NCBI GenBank assembly: GCA_965178125.1
Contig: OZ237740.1
Coordinates: 1,488,001-1,508,612, forward strand
From: Bilabrum cf. latius
Lineage: Eukaryota
Direction: 5' to 3'
Length of the DNA: 20,612 nucleotides
The stretch's first letter is position 1. Every line of letters starts with the position of its first letter. Below the pieces are notes generated by a model. It saw only the letters and a list, made by a program, of their open reading frames with translations, was not told where the DNA came from and did no database searches. A program made the translations under genes and the position numbers. Positions 1-10,800 of the stretch are shown one piece after another.

Positions 1-593
1 AGCATCAGCGCCACTGAGACCACCGAGGACAACACCGGTGGAATCGAGGGCGAGGATGTGGATGATGCCGAGGAGCGCAAGCTGAACTATTTCTGGCAGA
101 TGCCCCACATGGAGAATGATCACACCGATTCTCTGCTCACCAAGGGCAAGGACCCCAAGGGGAAGGCTGTGAGTGCAACCGTGCATTCGGTCAAGATTCT
201 GTTGGGTTGCTGCTGAGAATCGCATGTTGGCCTTCCATTTCTAGCTCATTTCGTGCGCAGCTCTCTAAGTTCAAGAACTGGGAGACGTACTACTTCAAGC
301 CGTACGGCAAGTCTGTGATCGCTTCGCTGCAGAAGGAGCACGGCGTCGAGAACGTGGATGTAGAGGAGGTGCAGAAGGCGCTCATGAAGCTGCACGGCTG
401 GGTCAAGGAGAACAAGGGAGAGCTCTCCATCTTCGGCCCTGCCCAGTACGTCGGTGACGACTCGATCGACCTGACCATGCCGGGCAAGAGCGCCAAGGCT
501 GTGCGCGCCGTGTCCACCCTGGCCTTCCAGATCTACTCGGCTGAGTGCAACTTCTTCGTGTTCCGCCCCGCCTGCAAGCCCGAGAAGTTCTGA
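1..593 (+). CDS. TCTP: Translationally controlled tumour protein (TCTP)-like, 5'-partial; exons <1-168 and 261-593
   Basis: Frame 1 is open from base 1 (...GGIEGEDVDDAEERKLNYFW...). Phase-0 intron GTGAGT(169)...GCGCAG(260). Exon 2 reads ...YFKPYGKSVIASL...NFFVFRPACKPEKF-TGA, which resembles the TCTP acidic loop, YxKxYxK helix and C-terminal 'F.F....K.EKF'. Strong C/G third-position bias and no TAG codons. Divergent. Confidence 0.7.
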
Positions 594-897
594 GATGTGT
601 GCAGTTTTGATGGCGTGTTGGGCGCTCCGGCAGCCTACCGACTTCAGGGTTTAACTTGCTTCTTGAGTTGAAATGGACAGCCAGCGTTCAGTAGAAGACA
701 ACTCGGACCGCTGCTGCGGCGTGCCACACGCTGTGCGGTGTAGGACTCGTACAAGACGCTTTGTTCGCCACCGCGAATGAATTTTGCCATGATACTGCCT
801 CAAACCCACAACTGCAAGCACTCAACACGCCCGTCCGACGCGTATTCGGAGCCACTGCCAGTGCCAGCATCCAGCGCAAACAACACAGATTTAATTG

Positions 898-2754
898 ATG
901 CAGCAAAGTGCCGCAAAGACAGTATGCACAGTTTGCAAACTTCATCCTAGCAAGTACAAGTGCCCGCGATGCTCCGTCCAGACGTGTTCTTTGGGCTGCG
1001 TCTTGAGCCACAAACAACAGACTGGCTGCAGCGGCAAGAAAGAAGCTGTTCCGTTCATTGCTGTCAAAGAGTATACCGACAAGAAATTCCACAGGGACTA
1101 TCATTTGTTAGAGTCTATGGCGCAAGCATCTGATGCTGCACGGCGGGATATTCGGCAGTATGGCACTCAAATCGGTGCGAGCCGGCAACGCGGACGGAAA
1201 AAGCAGCCAGAAACGTCAAAATGGAACGAATCACTGCAAATGGACGGGCTACAAAACTCCCCAAAGCTCCCTACTCTGCCAAGACCGCTGTATCGTCTCG
1301 TGATGGCAGCAAGACAACGGGGAATCGATCTGCGTCTCATGCCAAAGGGGATGGTGAAGAGGGATACGAATACAACGCGGTTGTGCTCGTCTCGAAGTTT
1401 GTGCGGTATATTGCCAAGTAGAGGATCTGTGCTGGCTCATAGGGTTGCCAACGGGAACAGACCCTCACCTGGGACGTCTGTCGTTGTTAGTCCAGCATAC
1501 GCAGCGGGGCGACTAGCGTACGGTCTGGTTGGGACGCAACCGACTGGCGTTTCGGAGTCAGATCAAAAGCGACGGCAGCCTAGCTCTATAGCACCTCACT
1601 CGCAGAGTGAAGCGATAGATCGATCACGAGCATCAAGGAGGCGGTCCAACCGGAAGCGGCGCCGCATCGAGGTCGAGACCCGCACGGTTGCAAGCACGGT
1701 CACACCGCAGTCTGGAGAAGAGTTGCGAGCAGAAAATGAAATAGAAGATCCACGAGAATCAAAGAAATCAAGAGTAGGGCAGCTGGAGAGCCAACCGGGC
1801 AGGTTGGTTGGGCCGAAGGATACCGCCGCAGACCAGCAGTCGGCTGGGCCGAAGGATACCGCCGCAGACCAGCAGTCGGCTGGGCCGAAGGATACCGCCG
1901 CAGACCAGCAGTCGGCTGGGCCGAAGGATACCGCCGCAGACCAGCAGTCGGCTGGGCCGAAGGATACCGCTGCAGTCAGGCAAACTCTTGAGTCTGGCAC
2001 ATCTTCCTAGGCTGCCGGGTAGGTGATATGCTGGAAAGTTGAGATCATTGTGCGCTTCGCTCTGAGCGAAACTCGAGGTGCGCCATCGAAGGGCACCCCC
2101 TCGCACGGCATGGCTCAAGTCAGCTCGATTCGAGTCGTGGAGGACCTGGTCCACGAGAATTGCACGCTGCTGGACCTACTAGCAGTCTGGGAGGAAGAGG
2201 TGCACCACCCGCGCTACGCTGCCCTGAGACCCATCTGGAAGCGAGGCAGGGCGCACGAAGCCAGAGAAACTTCGACCTAGGCAAGCAGCACCAGAGGCCC
2301 CACAATCGATCGAGTCAGCTCGGCCCGCGAAGGTACATGCTCAACGAATGGTCCTTCAGGCCACGATGGACCGCCAGCAGCTTCAAAGCGACCTCAGTTC
2401 GTGGCTCTAGTCTAGCGGCCGTTCAGGTACAAAGGCTCTACACAGTTCGTGGCGTTTCCGAGCCCGTCGATACCGCTGCGAAGCATGCTTCAGCACGAGG
2501 CGGTGCTAGAGCACCCCACTGTCCACCTCGTGTGTCTGCCGCCTGGAGATGACCCGCACGGGGCCATTGATGCTGCTACGAGTGCTGCATCTGGCATGTC
2601 GATGCCACCCAGCTAGACGAATGCCAGTGCGATGGATGCGCCAGAGCTGGCCGGCACCTCCCGCGCAGTTCTGACTGGCACTATTGACACGCTGGTACAG
2701 TAGCTAGTGCAGAGGTGTGCAGGTCCAGCTACTGCGGTTGCCCGAGGTACCTGA
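898..2754 (+). CDS. BCD1: Box C/D snoRNP assembly factor BCD1/ZNHIT6 (zf-HIT), about 618 aa when 6 TAGs are read as sense
   Basis: N-terminal zf-HIT CTVC..KYKCPRC...TCSLGCV..HK..TGCSG, then DYHLLE and AARQRGIDLRLMPKGM.KRDTNTT. The same frame continues past TAG 2008, 2020, 2278, 2413, 2614 and 2701 into the BCD1 motifs ICWKVEI, VHENCTLLDLL and LRSMLQHEAVLEHPTVHLV. First TAA/TGA is TGA 2752-2754. Confidence 0.9.
1810..1975 (+). repeat. 36-bp coding tandem repeat, 4 perfect copies plus a partial (GPKDTAADQQSA)
   Basis: gggccgaaggataccgccgcagaccagcagtcggct x4, then gggccgaaggataccgctgcag, within BCD1. Confidence 0.95.
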
Positions 2755-2790
2755 ACACCTGGATCGCGTGCAGCAGCCCATGCAGCATAC

Positions 2791-3914
2791 TTACAGCTTG
2801 GCGCGCGAGTGCAAGGGACGAGCCGTGCCTGCACCACTGCGCTCTTGAATGGCGCGAAAGGACACCTGTTTGCGGGTTGCTGCTCGCTGTGCCGCCGACC
2901 ATGCAGCTGCTTCCATGGACTCGCCGGAATCAAGGCGAGCGAGCAGGCACCCCATCTCAGCCCGTGCTACCTCTTGCACGCGGCTCGACCAGACCCCATT
3001 GACTGCATCGGCGCCTGCAGCTTTGCTTGCCTCGCCGGCAGGGCTCTCGGGGATCCTCGTGGTGGAGTCATCTCCAGCACTCCGCCTCGAGACGCCGCCT
3101 GATCGTAGCAGTGCCTTGCACAGCATGGCGCTCTTGGAGGCGTGCGGCGCTGCAAACATGCGCTCCAGCTGCTCCAGCGCGACCCCGAGGCAGTGCTTGG
3201 CCGGCACTTCGGCGGGGATCACCTCAGTCACCAGGCCCCAGGCTTGCGCAGTCTCTGCAGAGATGCACCTGCCGCAAAACAGGAGCTGAAACGACCTCTG
3301 GTGTCCCTGCGCATCAAAATTGTTGCAATGAGCGGCAATGCCAGTGGTGGCATGCGGGCTGGTGCTGGCAGGCTGCAGGCAGGATCGGATCGACACACTA
3401 CAATTTGACGCATGCGTTTGGGCTTGGTCGTGCGTCTCACAATAGCAGCCGGCAGCAACATAGATGAGCCCAGCTCTGGCACTATGGCCAGCTCGCGGAA
3501 TGGTGCTCGGAAAGATGCCCTTGCCGAAGCGTACACCAGGTCTGCCAGCAGCATGAGGGTAAGGCCTGCACCTATCGCAGGGCCGTGGACCACGGCAACG
3601 ACTGGAACTCGTAACTGAGCCAGCGCCGCCGTCAATTGGTATGCCCCTGCTTGGTCTGGTGACTTTGGAGGCTCATCGGCAGCCGCGACGTCAGCCCCAG
3701 CAGTGAAGTACGGCGACCTTGGATCTGAGCACAGCACCAGTGCGTCGCAATTCCCATTCGCTTCATCGCATAGAGTAGCCAGCTATTTGAACGATCTTCC
3801 GTCGATACTATTGTATCTATCCACTTTTGATATCACGATCACTCGAAACCGCAACGTTGTCTCGCTTGCATTCTGGAACTCATGATCAAAAAATGATATG
3901 GAGGGCGTTGCCAT
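2791..3914 (-). CDS. Crotonase-family enoyl-CoA isomerase/hydratase (ECI2-like), peroxisomal PTS1 -AKL; exons 3914-3441 and 3306-2791, about 329 aa
   Basis: ATG 3914. Motifs YNSIDGRSFK[TAG 3785-3783]LATLCDEA, YFTAGADV, PVVAVVHGPAIGAGLTLMLLADLVYAS, FRAPFRELAIVPELGSSMLLP. Intron GTGAGA(3440)...GCGCAG(3307) joins LLPAAI|GHQRSFQLLFCGRCISAETAQAWGLVTEV. Ends SRAKL-TAA. Confidence 0.9.
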
Positions 3915-4185
3915 AGACAGAATAATCGGCCAATGGAGCCTTATGAGACGCGGTGTTGCATTTGCGGCTGCTTGACCGGTTCTAACCTCATCTCAGCTTG
4001 CGGAAATCTGCAATTGGCCATTGCAAGGCGAACCACTCAAAGACCAAACCCGGCCCGAGCTGCTCAGTCATGATGGTCTGTAGCTCTTATATTCGTCTCG
4101 TGTTGCCGTGATTTGGGCGTCAGTATCTATCTCGTCGGCTGGCATCATCACATCGAATCACAAGGCAAGCCCGACCTCCCAGACC

Positions 4186-6183
4186 ATGGCAGGTGCACTG
4201 TGGGCCTACTTTGATAATTGTTATGGTGTTGATGACAACAAATAGGGAGCTCAATCTGGTGACTAGGTAAACGCTGACGTATTCGCATCAGTTGAAGCCT
4301 GGGAAAGCGCTCTGCCAGGCCAGAGCAGTCGAGAGAGTATGCTTCCAACGGGAAACCGATTGTCTAGAAACCGTGCAAAGTTGCAGGAAATGTTGCTTCT
4401 GGAGTCTCGCAAATCAGAGAGCAGGCAGCTTCAGCAAGCAATGCTTTAGTCGCGTCACGAATAGGAACAAAGGCTTCTTGACAGCAAGATACAAGGGAAA
4501 TGGCGTTCAAACCGGGCCCATGCCTAGATTGCGGCAGCTTCATTTCGAGCCGAGCATGGCTCGTCGCTGTCCTCGAGTGAGCTTGCGGTTGAACGGCATA
4601 GAGCCGTTGGTGCGAGCTCGATGTGTGGCTTCCTGAGCGAGATGGACAAGCTTGAGGACGGATTCGTTTCTAGGCAGGGTTATACGCATGGTGCAGATGG
4701 GATCATTCGGCTGTCTCGCGGGTACAGGAAGTATGTCACGTCTGTACGAGGACGTTTGCTGGAGCATCTCGATTCCAACCGGCACCAGCGTCCCGGGAAA
4801 GACGTTGGAAATGAACCACCAACAGAAGTCGCAACAAGTGAGCGAGGTATTATCGTGAGCGTTAGATCGGCTGGCATGAAGCTAGCTGCGACCAAGGCGG
4901 ACAAACAAGGAGGTGGCATGAACAAGGCTAGGCTACCTGCGACCAAGGCGGACGGACAAGGAGGTGGCACGAAGAAGGCCATGAGGCCTGCAACCAAGGC
5001 TGCTAACAAATCAAGGCCTCCCTCTACAACGAAGGGCCTTGATGTTGATGTTGATGAAATGAAAGTCAAAGTTAATGCCGATGATTCGGACTGCAGGGGC
5101 AGCACCGGCCTGAATAGATATAGGCCATCTCCGCCCTCCCCTACTAGCCGCAAGCTTCAGCAGCAGCAGATAAGATCAACTAAATGGTGGCACCTGCATG
5201 CACTAGATGTCGGCGCTAAGAGGCATACTACCCAATCGGGCCGGCATAGGCGGACGTCCGGTGCCAGGAACGATTTTCAGCCGGACATCCTGATCACGAC
5301 CTTGGAAGGGGTTGAGGGACGGGCGGGCAGACCTGGTGCGCTACCGGTCGTGCGCCCAGATCGTGGCCGCGAGGCAACACCGACCTACAGACCTTTGAGG
5401 GACACCGGGTCAGAGACAATGCGCAAACTTGATGGTGACAGGAAGTTGCCGATTCTGTCTAATTGTTCAGACAGAGCTGGAGGGACTGGGCCATCTATGC
5501 CGACTAGTGCACATCCGCAGGACAAATTGGAGATGTGCGGCCTTCTTTCGCACAGGGGGTTCCGGTGGATGCGTCTGCGACAAGCCGGCTCGGTGCGCGC
5601 CCAGCCCAAGACCAGCGCTGGTGCTAGTGCTGGATCGCCGTCGCCAGGGACGGTTTCAGCGCCAGTGGCTACGACCAGGCAACCTTCACTGCCACTGCCA
5701 GCGCTAGCTGCGCGAGGGAAATCGGGACTTGATGCATCGTTGGCTGACCCTGCACAGTCCGCAGAAGCGCAGGATGATCTACCGGTAGAAGCACCCACTT
5801 CAAGCCGTGGGAGAGCATCGTTCTCTTCTCCTGGCACGGCGCGATCAAGTACCCCGTTTATGGAGGGGTTTCTAGACAAGCATGGTAAACAACGGAATGG
5901 GGGTCCGGTGCGTGCAATGACGACGGTGCGCCGAGGCTTGCGCTTGTCGCAAACATCCCCGAGGGCCCAGGGCATGAGTTTTCCAATGGGCTAGCACCAG
6001 AGGAGAAGACAGCACCAGCGGCCGCAGTGGTCACCGGTCACTGCCGAACAGGCAAAATCTTGGTCGGTCAAGCAACGGCGACAGGAGCTGGCACTGGGGT
6101 GTGTAAGTGGTGAGGTCGTGTCTACGACTGACGCTGCTAAGCCTACTTATGTCACTCGTAGGTAGGGCGGAGGACATGCTTAA
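4186..6183 (+). CDS. Hypothetical protein, about 665 aa with TAG as sense; N-terminal coiled-coil-like segment then low complexity; 3' end uncertain
   Basis: Frame is free of TAA/TGA from 3976 to TAA 6181 and contains TAG at 4243, 4264, 4447, 4462, 4525, 5992 and 6163. First ATG is 4186 (accATGg). A possible intron GTAAGT(6103)...CGTAG(6161) would move the stop to TGA 6321-6323. No family recognised. Confidence 0.65.
4888..5001 (+). repeat. Degenerate 51-bp coding repeat (ATKADKQGGGMNKARLP / ATKADGQGGGTKKAMRP / ATKA)
   Basis: gcgaccaaggcggac units start at 4888 and 4939, and gcaaccaaggct at 4990. Confidence 0.85.
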
Positions 6184-6511
6184 GACCACTCCTCGCCGGC
6201 GAACGAATGGGACAACCGTGGTCAGTAGGTATCCCGGGGTTGCCAGAACCACTGCGTCCCACACCACCAGCAAACCACGTGCAGTATGCGGCGTGCAGAC
6301 GGGCTACTGTTGTGCTATGTTGATATCAAGATGTGGCTGTGCCTGCCCACGCCACCGCCACATTTCTTTCTGTGTCATTCTGCATTCTGTTAGGCCCACG
6401 CCCGGATGGATCCGGAGTCGTTTCGTCCGTGGCTCGGTGCACAATTCTCTTTGTGCTGCCCAGTGTCCAGGTATTGGCTTGTCATCATTCGTAGTACTAG
6501 CCGGAGTAACT

Positions 6512-7503
6512 ATGGATGGTGTTGGAAAGTCAATGATGAGATCCCTCGGTCGGAAAACAAATGAAGGAGCAGGTAGTGCAGTGTCGTCCTTCGCTCTCAA
6601 GCAGTTGGAGAAATTTGGTTGGAAGTCGGGAATGGGGCTTGGTAAGGAAAAATAGGGCAGAAAAGAGCACGTGCGTGTGAAAAAGAAGGATGATAACACT
6701 GGGGTGAGGTTTGTAGCAGCTATGCAACTGCAATTTCCCGTGTTCGTCATGGTTGCCCGCTTCCAACACAGTTGGTGTGCCCGTCACTTTACTTTTCCCC
6801 ACGACAGATTGGAGCAGATGCTGCAAAAGCTAGTTAGATGGCATCGCAGTGGTGGTGGTCGTCGCACTCAGCTCCAAGCGTGAAGGCTGACGCTTCTTTG
6901 CTCTCCTCGAGTGCGCCGAGCAGCAAAGATGCGCTCAGCAGCTCCAAACTAGACCTTGATACTAATAATACTAGACCATCCAAGTCGATAGGTAGCGATG
7001 GCCGTAGTCGCAGCCGTAGCGACAGCGACAGCGATAGCGACAGCGATAGCGACAGCGACAGCGATGGCGGTGGTGCCCCAGGTGTCATTGGCTGGGCAGG
7101 GTAGGCACCCCCTTCGGACGCAGAATTATTTCGAATGTGCGGGGGCAAGCGACTTGGAATGCGAGCAAGGTCCTCATAGCAAGGCAAGTGGTTGAGGGTA
7201 GAGGGAGACGTGCTGGAGGGGCGGCTTTCGAAGGAGATGGGCCAAAAACGGCGGAGGACGCAGGATTCTGCAGACGTAGTCGAATCGTCGGACAGGGCCA
7301 CTATGAAGGAACCATCAGCAGCGAGCGCATCAAAGAAGCCAAGAGTTGACGAAGCAGAAGTCGCACGCTCAGTCAAGGCTACTGGCTCCATGGATCAAAG
7401 GGGTGGTAGTGCATCGGGGGGAAAGAGCAAAAAACGTGCCACCAAGAAAGCCAAGAAGGAGAAGAAGGCCAAAAAAGACAGGAAGACTGCAACGTCGACG
7501 TGA
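6512..7503 (+). CDS. G-patch domain protein (GPATCH4/PINX1-like); exons 6512-6703 and 6808-7503, about 295 aa
   Basis: G-patch SFALKQLEKFGWKSGMGLGKEK[TAG 6653]GRKEHVRVKKKDDNTG|IGA across intron GTGAGG(6704)...GACAG(6807). Then a WW motif, an SD tract, SDAELFRMCGGKRLGMRARSS[TAG 7177]QGKW and a lysine-rich tail. Other TAGs at 6835 and 7102. Stop TGA 7501. Confidence 0.88.
7018..7065 (+). repeat. (AGCGAY)8 hexamer microsatellite encoding (SD)8
   Basis: agcgac/agcgat run within the G-patch gene. Confidence 0.9.
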
Positions 7504-7859
7504 TAGAGTGGAACCTCACTACCACATTTGCCTTTCGCTGCAATTGATTGTTCCCGTTCGAACTCCAATGCTACCAGTCCTGTACCACTTCCTTGGTCAA
7601 GTGTGGAAGAGTTTTCAAGCTTGCGGGTTCCATGATTATGCTTGTGACCGGATCGAAAGTACCTTCTAAATCTGCGACCAAACTCGCTGCCTGCCAGAAA
7701 ACTTACGGCACTTCGAGCGCCGACATTTGGCCATGGTTCTGGTTCGCGACCTAGCTATGAACTGGCCAAGTATAAAGCTGGTTTAAGGCTCTTGACAAAC
7801 ACAGCGCTCCTCATTCATTCCCGGCATCGACTGTAGATCCCTGTTGAAAGCTGAGGCGA

Positions 7860-10800
7860 ATGCCAGCGAGCACCTTTCTCTCAATTTTGCATGCCATTGC
7901 AAGCAACGATAGCATTGGCATCGTACAGTTTGGGTCGGGCGGCTCTGGTCTCATAATTACGCATGCCAAGATGTTCGAGCAGGCAGTGCTGCCGGCCAAC
8001 TTCTCGACAACGAAATTTGCTAGCTTCTTGCGATCGCTGAGCTACTACGGTGTAAGACACAACGCCGAATGGTAAAATGTAATTCGATGAGTTGTTTCGA
8101 TTTAAAGCAAGTCATTGCTGATCACTAGGCAGTTCCGAGCAGTTCTGATGATTCTCGGCTTTTACTGCACTCGTCAAGTGTTCCCAGAAGCCAACCAGTA
8201 CCGCAGTTTCGACGCGTAAAAAGCAAAGTATTTGATACAGAGAGAGGTACTCGAGATAGGCATGTGGAGTGGTCGCACGACGTGAGCCAAGACTGAGTGA
8301 TTTGGGGAGGCGAGATAGCCCCAACAGTAGGACCGCCTCTCATCCTGCATTGGAACCACTGCTCGCAGAAATTTGTTGCCAACCACCCTGAGCTGGTTAT
8401 CGGTCTGAAACGAGCCGGTCGTGAACCAAAATCTCGGCGAAATCCGGAGGGCCGAGCAAGGAACCGCGGGGCTGCTAGCCAGCAGGTAAGCCCAGGGGGC
8501 AACTCTGTGGCCGGGGCCGCGGGAAGCGCCGCTGGTGGGCTTGGGGGTAAATCTAGTCAACAGGCTGCCGCGGCAACGTCAAAGCCGCTGCGGGACGCAC
8601 CAGCACGAAGCCAGCCAACAGCTGCGCGAGGCGCCCGACGGTCATCCCGGGCGCGACGGGCCCCGAAAGCAGCCTACGAAGAAGTGAGAATCGGCTGTTA
8701 GCCATGATTTCATGCCGTCGTCAATATAGAACTCTTCATTACCCCACCTTCCCTCAGCAAGTTGCCCCTACTCCGCAGTTGCATTCGCGTGGACCGACAG
8801 TGACAGGGCATCCAGCGGCTGGCTCGGGTTCTCGCCCGAGCCCGAACGAGAGAGGGGCAATGGGCACCATCCCATGCGTGCACAATGGACTAGTGGATGC
8901 CAGCCAGGGCTCCTTTCTACCCGCAGTAGCATCGTCACAGTCTATGCAGGTGCGCATGAGCATGCCCCCTCCACGGCAAGACGCGGCACCGTTTGTGAAT
9001 GCAGCGGGTGAAAAGCACCATGAGTCGCAGCAGAGCGTGGCAGATGCGATGCTTGATAGTTACTAGATGTATAAGGACATCCGAGTGAGGTCAACTTCAA
9101 TGCAGGCACCAGGAGCAGCTGGCGGGTGGTCCACCCTGAGGCAGGACGCAGCAGAGCGGTGGCAGCTGCACCAGAACTCACGGGCGGGAGGGCACGGCAT
9201 GCTAGGGCAAGCCTGGCCAGCCAATATGCACTCTGAACGTGGGCCAACCATAAACGTAGCCCAAGAGGGTGATGGGATGTCTATCCTGTCAAGTCCTGCG
9301 GATGCGCGGCCTCCCACCTCCTGGGGCGGCTCGTCATCGTCGGCACTCTCGGCTGCATCTAGGTGGGTGCACTTGCATGGGTCTGTAAATTCTGCCGGGG
9401 ATAGTCGACCTTCAGGGTTGCAGTCGATCGTGCCGCCACCTCCAGTGGACACAGCAGTGGCTGGAGGCATACCGGTGAGTGCAATAACGGTGCCAGTTGG
9501 GCAGGACCTTCGTGGCATGCGAGGGGCAAGCCCACGTGGCGGCACCGTGCAGCAGGACGAAGGGGTCCTGGGTTACGAAAGTAGCGAGGACGTGGCCAAG
9601 ACGCTGGCGTCTATGAGTTCACCCTCTCAATCAGGCCGATACAGCCGCGGGAGCTCACGAGGCAACCGCCGGGGGAGGTTCGTGGCGGCAAGTCGAAGAG
9701 CTAGCCTCGCCGAAATGCAGCAAAGCCCTCTGGCAGGTGCTGTGCGGGGTTTCGAGGCTCCACAGACCGGGCAGTCTTTTCCGCCAGCCTCGTGGTCTTT
9801 AACCAGTGGCTCTGCACACCAAACCGACGATTCGAAGCGTCGATCAAGCTCGAGGTATGACTCAGAGACGAACCCGACTCAACTCGGGTTGTCCTCTCGG
9901 ATAAGCTCCACGCACCGGGGATCGGGCAAGGCTGCCGGGTCTCGGAGTGGAACGGACATCGGCGTGTCCAATGACCAGAGCAACACAGCCAGTGCGATTC
10001 AACGCGACACGTGGTCAACAGGCTCGGGCTCAGAGCGAATGACAGACAGGGCGCTTCCACCATCGCCACAAGGCAACGCTTAGGCTGAATTACCGGACCA
10101 CAGCGGTGAGATGGGCGGTGATACCACCCGCTCCGGGTACCAGATAACGCCTAGCAGTATCACTGGTGTTGGGAAGCAGCAGGATGTGCTGGCTTGGCCC
10201 TCTGGGCATCCTTGGACGCTGCATCGGAAGGTGTCGACTGAGCCTGCAGCGCTTCGTCGGGTGCATTTTCGTGTGCCAAGGCTTGGCGAGGCGCAGAGAT
10301 CAGGGTATAAACGACCGAGAGCTGAAAATGGGGACGTTTCTGGCGAGGGGCAAATGCAAAAACGTGCTCGAACAGAGGTCAATGCAAGCCGCGGCATGGG
10401 TTCTGCGGGGTCGCAAGCAACGTCGCCGAGCAGCAGCACTGGTGTACAGTCTGCAGTCCCATTTGGAGGGCCAACCAGCAGGAACAACGAATCGCGGGCT
10501 GATCAGGCCAACCGCAATCGAATTCGTCCCCTACAGTCCGATGGGCCCTCCGCTGCTGAAGTTGTCCAGCTCGAGCACGTCGGACACCCAGGAGCTTCTC
10601 GGAGGTCCAGCGGATCAGGCCCCTCCGTCGCTTGGTCCTTCGACGAATCAGGCTCGGCCCTCTGGACACGCCGCAATGCTAGCCGGAAATCGCCCAATCT
10701 AGCCCGGCCTGCTGCTGCAGGGTAGTCCCTAGGTGCGTGCAGCAGCGATGGCAGCATTACGACCATGGGCGTGTCCCCCCCCCCGTCCGGGTGGCAGCTG

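Noticed and set aside
207-260. ORF-track N-terminus MLLRIACW... of the first gene
   Set aside because: Lies inside the 169-260 intron. The true upstream exon is in frame 1.
1810-1975. CRISPR-like array (36-bp repeats)
   Set aside because: Head-to-tail with no spacers, in frame within a eukaryotic CDS.
6107-6511. N-terminal extension of the G-patch ORF from 6107
   Set aside because: Non-ATG start that overlaps the upstream gene's end and has no recognisable motif. ATG 6512 lies just ahead of the G-patch.
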